In this document: positions 12,372 through 26,957 of the stretch, piece after piece
Position numbering within the stretch: the stretch's first letter is position 1
Layout: every line of letters begins with the position of its first letter
Source: Eledone cirrhosa
Lineage: Eukaryota
NCBI GenBank assembly: GCA_964016885.1
Contig: OZ024742.1
Coordinates: 257,486,001 to 257,550,000 of the forward strand
DNA length: 64,000 bases
Direction: 5' to 3'
The notes under the pieces: model-generated
Told to the model about the DNA's origin: nothing
The model's input: the letters and a program-made list of their open reading frames with translations, nothing else
Database searches by the model: none
Program-made: the position numbers and the translations under genes

Positions 12372-13182
12372 ACTATATATATATCAATATATATATATAT
12401 ATATATTTCGTTTCTGAATTTGTTGGCAACATGACCCTCCCAAAGTATAACAATATATATATATAAATATATTTATATATAATCAAGCGCAAGTTATACG
12501 TATAACCTAGCCACTATCCACTCAGTGAATGTTTATGCATAGGTCAACATTTGTACATACGACTCCCCATTTTAAAACAGACACAAAAACTTTAAACTAT
12601 GGATAAACGGCTTTGTGTGGGGACAAATATAATGCTCCGGACTATAACAGTTTTATTGCCACGTTCTATATGAACCGATGGCATTACAGCTGCTGCATAT
12701 AGAAATCATTCGATATTTCCAAAAGTTTATATAGATTTGCTGACCAAAACTTGCGGGGACAATCATCGGAAGGGTTCAGAACTAATACTAATGGAATAAT
12801 ATCTTTGAGAGACTGCCAGAGTGAATATGAACTTTCACCGTCGTAGTGGCAGCAGTCCTAAAATGTCTGGTATAATCACGAGAGGCAAATAGAAATGTAG
12901 CGTTAGTGACAAACATACTGTTGATGGTAAAATTCAAATAGCTGAATATGCGCCTGAGCTCTGAACCTGATTAGTTATGCATATCACAAGACATGATTAC
13001 AAGAACTAATATTTAACAGAATAGTGTTCACCTTCCGATTAATGGCATGTTTGTCACAAAGGGAGAAATATTAAGTATAATTTATAGGTTTAAATTACTT
13101 ATAGCCTAGTCGCCATCCACTCACTCAATAAATTAACATAGATTTCATGTTGTAAATCTACAAATCTATGTGGACACAATAC

Positions 13183-13294
<112 letters not shown>

Positions 13295-13717
13295 ATATAT
13301 ATATATATATATGTCTATGAATGTGTATATGTATATACTTATATCCATAGAGAGATAAATATTTGTTCCTGTGTTTCCAAAACACATGTCAATGTTGGTA
13401 TGGTTTATCGACTTATTGAAACTTAGTTCATGTAATTATTAAAGCGAATTCGATTAGTAGCAATTCTATTTGTAGCCCAGCTGATGTTAGCTGTTATATA
13501 TCAAGTTCCCTCAGCTATAGCACCTAATTTGATTAGAGCATTTGATAAATACTAAAATTTACATGTTTCTTTCGTTAAACTTAATTATACTGCCAAGAAA
13601 TTAAGGTCGCATGTTACATTATGATAAATCAAGGATATTTTATAGATAAATATGTTCATAAACTTGAAGCTTTATACACACACAAACGCACACATATACA
13701 GGCATACACACACATAA

Positions 13718-13873
<156 letters not shown>

Positions 13874-14588
13874 CTATGTGTGTGTGTGTGTGTAGTGTCC
13901 TAAAGAGGATAGCTATGATAGCTCTGTTAAATGAATAAACATTGTCGTCGCTGATCGAGACGAAGCGAGTGTCTTGACATATATAAACCTGAGAAAACTC
14001 ATCGCTACAACGGCCGTTACATCAGCCAATTGCTGTCCATAACACCGATGGACGAAACAGATTCAAGTAGACCAGCGGCCAGTGTTGACAGAGAGTCACA
14101 CCATGAAATGGGTGACATCAGATTAGATAAAGAAAAGAGGGGAAGAGGAGGAGAAGGAGAAGAGTATTGGTGCAGAGACGAGGTTGGAATAATTACATAT
14201 AGCTAGTTGATGTACAATACAGATTAACACATATTCACATTTCTGAACCCTTATCAGCTCTCAAACCAACAGAATTGTTTACATAATTTAATTTGGCGCA
14301 TCATTTTCGCTCATTTTTGTCGTTGATAGCATTTGCATGTTTCAATGGATGTTTAATAAGAATTTACGTATATACCCACTTCGTCTCAATCAGCGATAAC
14401 AATGTGTATCCATATATGGTAGACGCCTGCCATCATCCACTTTTCTAAAAAAACAAATCATAACAAAACGCCAGCACCAAGAGTTTTGCTAGAGATATCA
14501 ACATGAATGAACCTGTTATTTTAATCTAAAGACATTTGTTCCAATTCCAACCCGCATGTCTCCTCAATCTATTTTATTTCTCATACTT

Positions 14589-14624
14589 TCTCCTGATGAA
14601 GGACTAACGTCCGAAAAGTTAAGA
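14589..14624 (+). ncRNA. Decayed minimal hammerhead at the end of an old PLE-like remnant
   Basis: CTGATGA-A-GGAC TAAC GTCC-GAAA-AGTTA; stems I and III are imperfect. Confidence 0.6.
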
Positions 14625-14710
14625 CCTTCTTCCTGCTACATGAAGCGTTAACCTAATATATACCTTCCATATACTGTACCAAATGTGTTGTTATTTCTGT
14701 TTACCTTTTA

Positions 14711-14845
<135 letters not shown>

Positions 14846-15360
14846 CAATTCAATACAAACACGTTTTGTGTTTATCATATATATTAATATATAACTTGTA
14901 TTTCACTGCTCAGAAATGCCTCTTTCTCTGAGCTGATTAATTGTAAACGACTATGAGTTTAATCTCTAAATATAATATAGTATATTGCTCCTTAACTGTA
15001 GAGCTGATCTTTAATCCCGTATAAACGGCTGTTATTTCTAGCACCGGGAATACGGGATGGCTAGTATAGCTGGTTACACCACGTGTAATCAGACCTGCAA
15101 AATTTTTGAAGGTGGAATGTACTAATGTTACTGGATTCCTGTGGATAAGCACAGAAGATTTGGATATTTCACTTTTTATTTCAATTCCATTTCGATTCTC
15201 TTTATTTTTCAATTCATGTACGATCGTTGCGAAACATATTAGGGTTTCGAAGTTCAAATTCATCTACGGATATATATATATCAATTCTACACGCTGTTCG
15301 CTTGGTGGCTTTAAATTCCCCTCCGGCATTTTAGCAGAGTGTTTTTAGTTAATGATTTGG

Positions 15361-15440
15361 GCACTACTGAAGAGCGACACCAACCTTGACTAACCCCACT
15401 GAAAAGTTTCGTGAAATAGTCTTTTGAGACTATATAGTGC
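15361..15440 (+). ncRNA. Canonical type I hammerhead ribozyme with a full stem III
   Basis: GCACTA-CTGAAGA-GCGA..TCGT-GAA-ATAGTCT TTTG AGACTAT-A-TAGTGC: 6-bp stem I, 7-bp stem III, AUA triplet, predicted cut after 15434. Confidence 0.9.
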
Positions 15441-15691
15441 ATTTGTAGTTTTCCCCAAAGTGAGGGTTAAGTATTTTTTCTTTATGTTATTTTGAGTTAA
15501 GTTTGTATTGCTTTTTTCCCCAACTTACAGAAAGTCTGAGGATAAAGTTTTTCTTCTTGACTTGTTTTGAATTAAGATCGTATTACTTATCCCACATCTT
15601 ACGTTAACATTTTTCATTCATCTTGATGTTATATTCACTTATATGTATGAATTATTGTTGGCCATTTGCTTACATTAACTTCTCTATTTCC

Positions 15692-15741
<50 letters not shown>

Positions 15742-15746
<5 letters not shown>

Positions 15747-15961
15747 AACGAGTAGGACCCTGACGGCTGTGCTCAAGCCGTTTCGACGGCTAATTCTGGA
15801 CTAAAAATAGTCCAGAATTTTTAGTCCAGAATCAGCCGTCGAAACGGCTTGAGCTCAGCCGTCGGGGTCCTACTCGTTCCTATTACCCACTCTACTACAC
15901 TAAATATTGAGTACTTTGGTGTGTTATGGTCCATCTGGTTCCTTACCACATTTGCTTCGTT
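15742..15961. mobile_element. Short fold-back PLE pLTR insertion (family F)
   Basis: Arms ~15742-15803 and ~15822-15883 inverted, plus a tail to 15961; (TA)n on both sides. Confidence 0.75.
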
Positions 15962-16053
15962 ATATATATATATATATATATATAAATATATGTGTGTGTG
16001 TGTGTATATGCGTGTGTGTGTGTAGGTGTGGGTGTGTGTGTGGGTGCGTGTGT

Positions 16054-16194
<141 letters not shown>

Positions 16195-16199
16195 GGCAA

Positions 16200-17464
16200 T
16201 GGATTTGTTTCGCAAGGTTTTTGATATGAAATCGTGTGTCGAAACCTACATTATTATACTTGGGGAGGGTCATATCGTTGTAATATTATTGCCAGAAATA
16301 ATAACAGAACACACTCGCTGGACATGAAAGGAATTTGCCCATTATAAAGGAGCAAATCTTGGAATAGCTTAGATAGGACTAAACATAAGATAGGGAAAAC
16401 GAGCTCATGGTACGACAACCAGAAATACCAGAGTGTCATATTCGTGGATGCTACTCCTGGGGGGAAATTACCTGACCAATGCAGAAAGATCCGAAGAAAG
16501 AGCCACTTAAAGATTAAAGTGGTAGAAAATCCAGGAACTACCATAAAATCCCTGATCAGCAAAACATACCCCTTTAAGAATACCTACTCTAGTAATAAGA
16601 GTTGTATTATATGTAAAGTGAACCCCAAGATAAACTGTAAAACTAGAAATGTAGTCTATAGCATAAGATGTAAAGAGGGTATTTGCAGAAGCATGACAAC
16701 GACATACATAGGTGAGACAGCTCTAAGTATAGGCGAAAGAATAAACCAACACTGGGGGGAATTAAAAGGACAAAAGACGGTTCAGTACTATACCAACACG
16801 CCTGACAAAAGCATGACGGAAACATAGTCAACATAGATATAAAAATAATATCTAAACATAGAAATGGCCCAACAGGTAGGCATATCAGAGAAGCGAACAA
16901 AATAGAGCTTAGGTAACCAAAGTTAAACAGAAAAAATGAATGGAATAACAACAACAACCATACCTAAACAAACAACACTGACTTAAGAGAAATATAAATA
17001 AATAAATATATATATACACAAGTACATTAACAACAAACACATATAAACACACACTAGTAAACAAATATAGAATAGAAAAACCAAAACACATACACCCAAA
17101 CGCGAACACATACACCAAACATTATACACACACGTAAACGCATGCGCAGAGACGGAAACTAAAATAAATAAATAAAATAAAAATTACGTGAACATTACAA
17201 TGCAGCACAATAGGAGGAAACATGATAATAATACCACTGATGATATTGCAGATCATCTGCAACAAAAGAACTTTGTTAGACTATATATATATATATATAT
17301 ATTTATTTATATATTTATATCGGTATTTTTAACCGTTGGTCAGTCAATGAAAAATATTGATTGCCAAATAAATTAACTATGGATATATGAAAGATACAGA
17401 AGTGAGTGTGTTCTGTTATTATTTCTGGCAATATTATTACAACAATACAACTCTCCCCAAGTAT

Positions 17465-17512
<48 letters not shown>

Positions 17513-17890
17513 CTTTTCAAAGGTTTTTGATATGAAATCGTGTGTAGAAACAAATATTGTTATATACTTGGCGATGGTCATATTGTTATAATATTGCCAG
17601 AAATAATAACACAACACACTCACTCTTTGGGTTGGGTTGTGTTGGTTTTCGCTTCTGTATATTTTATATCTCCATAGTTGATTTATTTGGCAATCAATGT
17701 TTCTCATTGATTGACCAACCGTTAAACATACAGATATGAATATATATATATTCTATCAAAGTTCTTTCGTCACACATCTGCGACATCGTCCATGGTACTA
17801 TTATATTTCCTCCGATGGCATTGTAAAATTTACGCCATTTTTATTTTATTTATTTATTCTTGTCTCTGTCTCTGCGCATGCTTCAATGTA
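16200..17890 (+). mobile_element. 5'-truncated PLE (family of 37345-40682) with inverted pLTR pieces
   Basis: Inverted pLTR end 16200-16318; ORF remnant DATPGGKL..KTYPF..CIICKVN..NVVYSIRC..YIGET; pLTR to ~17470; a second inverted pLTR at 17510-17890. Decayed HHRs at 17233-17277 (+) and ~17755-17797 (-). Confidence 0.9.
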
Positions 17891-17989
17891 TATATATATA
17901 TATATATCATACTATCACTTGTTATATATATGTCGTCTGATTGCTACAACATGAATATTGTCTCGTTTTTCTGAAAATATTTTGTTACT

Positions 17990-18068
17990 AATATACGCAA
18001 TGTGTTAATTAATATACGTAATGTGTTAATTAATATACGCAATGTGTTAATTAATACATGCAATGTGA
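17990..18068. repeat. 21-bp minisatellite, ~3.7 copies
   Basis: AATATACGCAATGTGTTAATT repeated in tandem. Confidence 0.85.
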
Positions 18069-19681
18069 ATAGTTAAATACTAGTTAAAATATGTGATGCA
18101 TTTCGTTGCAGATCTGTATATAGTATAATGCTTTATTTAACAACATGTATAGCAAAGCAAGAGATATTTCCTCCTAACATCGTTCATAATGCTTTATGTG
18201 TTTAGGCCGCAGTCATTATGAATGTATGTGGAGAGCAAATAATTATTTCGAATCTAAAGTGCTTGTCACTTAACTTTACATATATTGAATATATTACATA
18301 TTTGTATTAGTGCATGCAATGTTATCCGATTATCCTTATTAAAGGATCCTTCTGTAAAATGTATTATTTGGATTTGGCAATCAGTATGCATTTCGAATCA
18401 AAAACTAAACAGGCGTTATATTTCATTAGATTCAGTGCTGCAAACCAATAAGAATATCAATATATTTATATAGCGCTTACCAGAATATTAATAGGATAAA
18501 TATTAAATAGTTATTCCACAGAGATCGCACAGGTAACTGAGTTTCATGTAAGAAACGTATTTTTCAATATCACTTTTAAAGCCATCTTGCTGACATTTTC
18601 ACTGAGAGTGAAAATTGTTCGGAAACTCATATACTTGTTACTTGACTGTAATACCACGATCCCAAGGAAAGTCTCTATTTCTCTATTATATAAATACATA
18701 ACACAATTTTAAATATCCTAAGAGAATTTGTATCATATAAAAAATCCTGCTGACGGAACATATTTGAAACCTATGTCGCCAGATGTCTCACATTGCATTT
18801 TTCTATCATTCTTAAGCTTTACGCATACGCAAATATTTAATGGCGATATAAAACCTAGCTTGATTCAAAGGTGAATAAAAAGTCCACTTTTTCTGTTTTG
18901 CTGCATAATATCTATTAGTTAGAAATATATTTCAATCAACCATTCTGCTGGAAATAAAGGCATGATTTAAGCTTACATAATCCCCCCAATCCGAAGATAA
19001 AATTCGGTTTTATTTTATAATGGAATAAAATAAATATCACTTGAGGATTCTGTATTGCCAAAAATGTGGCATATTTATATCCCTAGATATTCACCGTAAA
19101 AATAATTTTAAGCAACATTTTTCGTCGACATACACGTTTTCAAAAATAGTTCACCCTTCATTATAAACATGTTTTTTTCACTCATATATAAATGCAGTCA
19201 ACAAATGTAGTCACATATTCACATATCATTTAATGATAAACAATTCTGAATGCATTCTATATCGTGTATGCATAGATCAGTTACTAAAAATAGGGCTTAA
19301 AAATTATGATATCGCACGTTGGATTCTACAACGTGATACATTGTGCAACCGCCTTGTCGATGGCTGCGCATTGGAACAAATGATTGTGAATGAAACAGCA
19401 TAGGCGGAAGCTGATTAATCAGGTCGAAATCATTGTACCTGTTATGAAAAGCTCCTTAGTCAAATACTGTGTCACGAAGGATTAGTTAATTTCTACGCAT
19501 GTTTATATCGGTCACATAAATTAAGTACATATGTCTAATTTACACTAATTTAGACTTGACTAAACGCTTCATTGTCGGAATCAACGAAAGGCCGATCATA
19601 ATGAGCAAATGAAGTACAAGGTGAAACATGTAAATTTGTCCATAACACTAAAAACATTAAGCATATATATATAATCTGATG

Positions 19682-19749
<68 letters not shown>

Positions 19750-20993
19750 CACACTCTGCTAGTCACACATATTTACGTTGTATTAGTAATTTTCGCCGTA
19801 TGTTTCACTAAAGTAAATAGTCAAATAATAAAGCGTATAAATGGGTATCAACATGCGTGGTAATCAAACACACACCTCTTATACTCACGATATGTGTGGT
19901 AGCCGATGATACTAGCTTGTCCAGATAATGTTAACTAAATCTGCGTAAATGTGTAAATAATAAATATAAATATACACATTGGGATTAGAGCCATATATAC
20001 ATGTCAAATTCATTTATTTTCCTATGAATTGGAAACATGATAAATAATATATGTTCAAACATCATTGCGCTCACCTCAGAAGACATGTACATCAGCTATC
20101 CGAGCACTGAAAAATATATAACCGAGTGATTGTTATATTCTATCCCTTATAGCAGTATTAGTAAAATGGAGCTCCATTCGGTGGAGCCGTTATTTCTTTA
20201 TTACATTACTTAGTCTTATATCCATTATCAATAAATGCCTAGAACATTCAGAAAATATATGCTGACATAATAAATAACACAAATAATATAAACTTTATAA
20301 ATAGCTATGAATCTGTCTGAATCATATTTGATCCAAACATTTTCTTTCAGCGATGCTATTTATTTTTGCATCTCAATCTTGATCAGAGTGCCAAAATCTC
20401 CACCAAGATTATTATTCATCGCATAAAGTCTGATCTGTTTCAGTTTTCTGCCAAATTGGAAAATTCCTTTTTCATTTACAAATGCGTTCTATTCTTCACT
20501 TGTTTACATAGAATTACCGGATTTAGCAAACTAGAAATCTACATGTACACACGTAGAAATATATACAATTCCCAAATACGCACGCACCTCTCTCTCTCTC
20601 TCGCTCTCTAACTCAATATATATGTATATATGTGTGTGTGTGTGTGTGTGAGCATGTGTGTATGTATGTGTGTGTGTGTATGTATATGTGTGTGGGTGTA
20701 CATGTGTGTGCGCACACAGAGACTTGTACACTTACACATACAGACATATACACCTCTACTTGCTAAAGGCCATTCAATTTAGAGTATTTGTCCAAAACGT
20801 ATAGGCGTCTGTCTCTCACATCTAATGGCGTTGATAATTAAACTTGTATACTTTCAACTAGTACCACATTTAGAGTGAACTCGTTTCCATCCCCACCAAA
20901 TAAAATTGGCACACTTCCTATGGGAGAACATAATAACGATATAAGCATAAACATATAAACGCGCGCGTGCACACTCACACAAAAATAACCGCG

Positions 20994-21044
<51 letters not shown>

Positions 21045-21053
21045 ACACACACA

Positions 21054-21155
<102 letters not shown>

Positions 21156-21960
21156 TATAATATTCGTGATTATTATTTCTCTTGCTATGATGCATAGTGG
21201 TTGTGTCCCTTACTAAACCATGCAGACTTTCAATTATGGTATACAAAAAAAGAATAGGTATAACAGTCCCGAAAAAGCATATACAACTAACCTATAACCA
21301 ACAAGATCACCACACCAACCAAAGGTTTAAAATATTCACCTGCAACATTCATTTAATTCATCTAATTGCACTTTATCTATACAAGTCTCTCGTCCATTAA
21401 CATCCGAAATTTATTTACACATACTGATTATTTTATTTTATTTCTTCCTAAATCCTAAGTAAATTAGAAAAACCCACATAAAGCATACTCAATTATTAAG
21501 AAGCCAGATAATCTAACATCATAAAAATTAAATATTATGTATGACAAATAAAGACATAGCCAAACCACATTCCCGAAGGGATAGACATGAAATGAATCAA
21601 ATTGAGTCCAACATATCCATTTCCAAGCAGTATCGAAACGGCATAAAAAAACCGCAGGGCAAAAACTCTTTATAATGGTATCTACACTGTCATTGTCGGA
21701 GGTATAAAGTACTAAACTGTATAAAGGTGTTTTTACGCTTAACTAATAACATCTCGTCTATATATATCTGCCAATGTTTTATTTTAATTTTAATTTTAAC
21801 TTTAATTTTGTCCTTTAATATGACTGTAATCTTTGTATGTCGATTGCCATGCTATATTATTATAATGGATGTCAACCCACTGTGGGTCAATATATACATG
21901 TGTTTCTATATGTCTCTTGTGTTGAAAAGGAGGTCGAGTATGTAGAAAATCACTAAATAA

Positions 21961-22009
21961 TTGCTCCGAACAATCCAAACCTCGGTTTGGAGGAAACAAT
22001 CGTAAGCAA
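21961..22009 (+). ncRNA. Decayed hammerhead
   Basis: TTGCT-CCGAACA (for CTGANGA)-TCCAAAC CTCG GTTTGGA-GAAAC-AATC-GTA-AGCAA; stems I and II intact, core mutated. Confidence 0.6.
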
Positions 22010-22045
22010 ATAAATGATTTAAACTGAACTTTGATTCATGTAATT

Positions 22046-22084
<39 letters not shown>

Positions 22085-22147
22085 TTATTTATTAAAATAA
22101 CAGATTAAAGTTTAGCAAAGAGTCGCTGCTTTCACCCTTAACGGCCT

Positions 22148-22212
<65 letters not shown>

Positions 22213-22217
<5 letters not shown>

Positions 22218-22482
22218 GTAAAATAGAAAAAAAAACAGTAGAAAATGCTAAAAGGGTTTTCTCTCGTAATAACATCAACACATTTATTTACAAAATAGGA
22301 AATTCCGTATTATTCGGAATTCGTACCGGTGTCAGCCTGTAGGCTGACACCGGTACGAATAAGACGGAAATTCCCATTTAGTAACTGTAATTCTAAGAGA
22401 AAATTCCTTAGGCCTTTTCTACTGTTTTTTTTTCTTTTTTACTATTATATATATCAACTCGCGTGTCACTTCTCTACATTCT
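22213..22482. mobile_element. Fold-back element with unpaired tail in (TA)n
   Basis: Arms ~22213-22337 and ~22341-22448 (centre TTCGTACCGGTGTCAGCCT G T AGGCTGACACCGGTACGAA); tail to ~22482. Confidence 0.7.
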
Positions 22483-22488
22483 AAATAT

Positions 22489-23085
22489 ATTAGAATTGGT
22501 GCTCTGAAATAGCGATATATATATATGAATATACTGTATTTTGCAATACACTCTATGCTTAATTAAAAGCATTTCGAAGATCTAACGCTATTGTTTTAGA
22601 GTAGTGACAGTCTCACTTACACTAAATTTTCAGCAAACAAGGGGAGATAAAGCTGACAGAGCTCTGTTTTGTACTTGTTGGTACTTATCAAAGCTAAGTA
22701 CTCCACCTGTTTGCTGAAAATCATAAATGTTTGATTCTTATAGAATTCTAGTAATAATCAGGAACTGATTATACAGAGCGGTTGCCGGTCAAGCAGAAAT
22801 TGAAAATTAGAATTGGTGCTCTGAAATTTTCAATTTCTGCTTGACCGGCAACCGCTCTGTATAATCAGTTCCTGATTATTACTAGAATTCTATAAGAATC
22901 AAACATTCATGATTTTCAGCAAACAGGTGGAGTACTTAGCTGTCAGCTTTATCTCCCCTTGTTTGCTGAAAATGTAAAGTAAGTGAGACTGTCACTACTC
23001 TAAAACAATAGCGTAAGGTCTTCGAAATGCTTTTAATTAAGCATACAGTCTATTGCAAAATACATTATATATACATTCATAAATA
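22489..23085. mobile_element. ~280-bp-arm fold-back element
   Basis: ~22525-22808 is the reverse complement of ~22826-23085 and is near-perfect centrally; the loop repeats the external tail 22489-22510. Confidence 0.85.
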
Positions 23086-23577
23086 TATATATATTATTAG
23101 ATAAAATATATCCAGACTTTCTTCACTCAAGTCCGTAGAAAGCAACCAGATAAATAATCATTTAAACGAGGCCATAAGTTTAAAATGAAACTATGAAGAA
23201 ATAATAGACAAATGATACAGACTATTTTCCGCTAGGAACAGTCAGATAAAATTATCTAGTCATTCCTTTTAGCCCATAGAAATTAACTAGACAAATACTC
23301 AATTAAACGGAGCTAGGTCCAAAATATAAGTTAGAAGAAAAAATGCATATAAACTTTACCAAAATTCCTCTAGTGCCGACTATCGACAGTTTTGTTCGTA
23401 CGTTGTTGATATATCTGATTCTGGTATTATTCCTGAAATGAATGTTAAGATGTCTGATAATCATCACGTGGCTAGTGGTCAAAGTAGAAAGTTGTAAGTA
23501 CTGGCTAGGCGGCATGTAGGCTGGCTGCTAGAAAGCGCAGCCATATACTGCCTAAAGTTTTACTGTACCGTACGGGA

Positions 23578-23613
<36 letters not shown>

Positions 23614-24150
23614 GGGGGGGGGGCGTGTGTGAGTGTGCGTGTATAAATATACACAAACACACATATATATATATATATATGTGTTAGTATGTATGTGTAC
23701 ACATATATATGTGTATGTATGTGGTAAAAATGTATGTATGTGAGAGAGAGAGAGAGAGAGAGTCTTAATGATTTAATAGACCTGTATATACCGTCAGCCA
23801 CTTGCATTCAGCATCTCAGTTGTTTATTTCGTCAAAATCATTTGTGGCACCAACCTGCTCTAGTCGATCTTATCGACCAAAGTAATTACTGTTTTACGTT
23901 TGGAACATATTTTGTCAAACCACTAATTTATGTGACAATTAAACTGTAAACACAGATGCGAACACGCACCCACGTGCATATACACAAACAGCAATACACA
24001 CATACATATATAAATATATATATATATACGTACAAACAGACATACATATATCATGTATTATACAAACTCACATATATACATATATATTTTAAAAAATGTT
24101 TTCGCTCTCTACATGGTGGAGAAGTAAAAATATTCGTGAGTTTATTAATA

Positions 24151-24324
24151 ATAATTGTTTCTACTTTTGGCACAAGGCCAGCAATTACCCAGTAAATTAC
24201 TGATACTTTATTTTATCGACCCCATAAGGATCAAAGTAAACCTCGACGGGATTTGACTTCAGACCGTAAAGGGATGTAACTATGCGGGAAAGCATGGCGT
24301 CCGACCCTCCACCGATACTACCAA
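24151..24324 (-). mobile_element. SINE
   Basis: Diverged copy of 7671-7856. Confidence 0.8.
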
Positions 24325-24699
24325 TTATTATTAATATTCGGTTTATTTGCAAGGAAACAGCATCGTAAACAGCATGTGTTAGTTGACCATCGTTATCCTT
24401 TTTGTTCCAGGAAACAATCGACAATTGTCTCGGAGTTTTTGCTCCTTATCAAGGTTGTCTATTCTCGTCACTGCTACCCACTGAAACTTTGAGAATATAT
24501 AGCATTCTCAAATGTATACATCGGCTGATTAGCATGATTTACATGCTGAGCGATCTTATCGTCTGCCTTCCCGAAAAAAAAATCGTTTTCGCTCATAACA
24601 TGGTGGATAACTAAAGGTAGTCGTGAGTGAATATACTTATAAATCTATGTTCTTCTTTATCCTGGGAGAGTGGTGATGGCAAATACATCAGGCAAGCAA

Positions 24700-25240
24700 T
24701 CCAGCTGGTCACGTCTGAAGTAATTGTCTCCAATGGATCTGGTTAAATACCCAAGCATAACCATCCGAGCTGATACATGGTGTCCAACTATCTTATTCGG
24801 AGTTTACACCTCGGGCTGCTGCCGATTGATTTTTGCCCGTAGTATATGTCCAGTTATTCTTTCAGGAGATGTTCTAACCTTATATCCGTAATATGTGAGC
24901 AGTGATATTTCAAATCGGATAACTAATGTCTCTAACTGGAGTCACTCACCGACCCCTGTTCTAAGCAGTCTATTGAGTAACGTTTCAACGCATACTCGAG
25001 GGCATTCCCATTTCGGTCGCTTGTAATAATGATAGAAAGTTTTAAGCAACCCCGGACGTTTGGTGGAAGGCAGGAGGCTGAATTAAGTACAAGAATTTCA
25101 GGATCTGGTACAGCAATAAGCTGATTTTGTCATTCGGTCATCAGAAAAAGGTACGGTAGGTGTAAAACACAAACTTGCTATCTTTAACTCAATATCCATG
25201 CCAACCCATATCGAAGGTCATGAATCGTAGGCAATGACCT
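24700..25240. pseudogene. Highly decayed RTE-type LINE fragments (3' end on -, RT piece on +)
   Basis: 25060-25240 aligns with 52120-52300 (AELS.RI..KL.IFNS..P...GHE). The minus strand at ~24780-24890 resembles the RTE terminal G.RPRG.PR.RW.D region. Confidence 0.5.
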
Positions 25241-25268
25241 AAAAAATATATATATATACATATATATA

Positions 25269-26158
25269 TCTATATATATAAAACTGAGGATGTATGTCTG
25301 TGTGTGTGTGAGTTTGAATCACTAAAACTCGAGAAGCACCCAAACGGATGTTTCAAACTTTACACATGTAATACTTATGTTTCAGCGAGTATTCTGAGCA
25401 AATCAAATTTCAAATTTCACATGCCCTCGGGACCGCATTAGGCAATTTAGCGATCGCTCTCTATAATTGTTAGTCTTTCTCTTTTTAGATAGATACATAC
25501 ATATAACGTAGCGCCCTTATAATATCTGTTTGCATGTATGGCTGTCTGCATTACGTCACTTCCCTGTGTGTGTGTGTCTGTATGTGTGTGAGTTTGAACC
25601 CCTAATACTCGAGAAGTACCCAACCGATTTTTTTCAAACTTTACGTGTGTATTACTTATGTTTCAGAAGGTGTTATGCACATAAAAACATCAACTTTTTT
25701 TTATCCCCTAGGGCCTGCATTAGGTGAAAAACTGCCTTTTTTAAAGTTTTGTAGGGGTTTTTGAGGCGTTACGTCAAACCGATTTCCTTGAAATGTTAAT
25801 TATGTATTAGTCAGTCTCTTCTTCATACCGTGAGCAAAGAAAATCCAACTTTTTTATGGCCTAGGGCGCGCATTAGGTGAAAAACTTCATTTTTTCAGCT
25901 TTTTAGGGGTTTTTGGAGCCGTTACGTCTAGCCGATTTTCCCGAAATTTCAAGGCATAAAAAATTATTTTATGATCCCTTAGGTGAAAATCTGCATTTCT
26001 CCTGCTTCATCGAGGAAAATCTTAAAGATTATCCAGCCATCAGAGTATTAGGTTTATTTTCTTTACATATTGTCCAGGCATGCAGATTTTCCACGATTAG
26101 GTCTGTTGGAGGCCCGCGTTCCAAGATACCTTATCCCGTGCAACGCCGGGTACCATTG

Positions 26159-26162
<4 letters not shown>
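25269..26162 (+). mobile_element. Non-autonomous Helitron
   Basis: 5' TCTATATATATAAAA; internal subrepeats; 3' hairpin CCCG-TGCAACGC-CGGG at 26135-26150 followed ~10 nt later by a decayed CTAG (TTAA). Confidence 0.7.
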
Positions 26163-26252
<90 letters not shown>

Positions 26253-26255
<3 letters not shown>

Positions 26256-26600
26256 TAATCCGGCGCTATATCGCGGATCACTTTCCACTGCACGCGCTAC
26301 ATCACCGATTTTTCGTTACGAAATATCTATTTTCTTATCGCGATACGTCCGTCCGAATAAAGAGTGTTTTAATGAGTTTATATGTACCTAAAGCGTGTAG
26401 GTGAGGTATTTTAAGGCTTAAACTCTGAAAATAACAGTTGTCTTTATGGTTGCTATATATCGCAGATTTGCATTTATCACATTTGGTTCTGGAACGTACT
26501 CCTCGCAATAAACAGTAGTTCACAGTATACGTATGTGGTTGACGGCTGAAAGAAAGGAGTACTCAATACTAAAGAAGAAGTCTAATATGCATTTTATTAT
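26253..26600 (+). mobile_element. Tigger/pogo-like DNA transposon end (one TIR only)
   Basis: TA|CAGTAATCCGGCGCTATATCGCGG resembles a Tigger-type TIR; the second TIR was not found and the right boundary is approximate. Confidence 0.45.
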
Positions 26601-26691
26601 TCTGGAGTTGTTGCGTATTCACACCCACACACCCACACACACATGTGCGCGCACACATACATACACACACACACAAACACACACACACACG

Positions 26692-26727
<36 letters not shown>

Positions 26728-26875
26728 CGCGCTTAGGGTGAAAGCAGAAACATTTTGCGTAAATGTTAAACGGTTTTATATATACTTATTTATATACATC
26801 ACGTATGGAGACTTCTTTGGACATTAGTCTTTGTATTTATTTTTACTGTAATATATATATACACACATATATATA

Positions 26876-26957
<82 letters not shown>

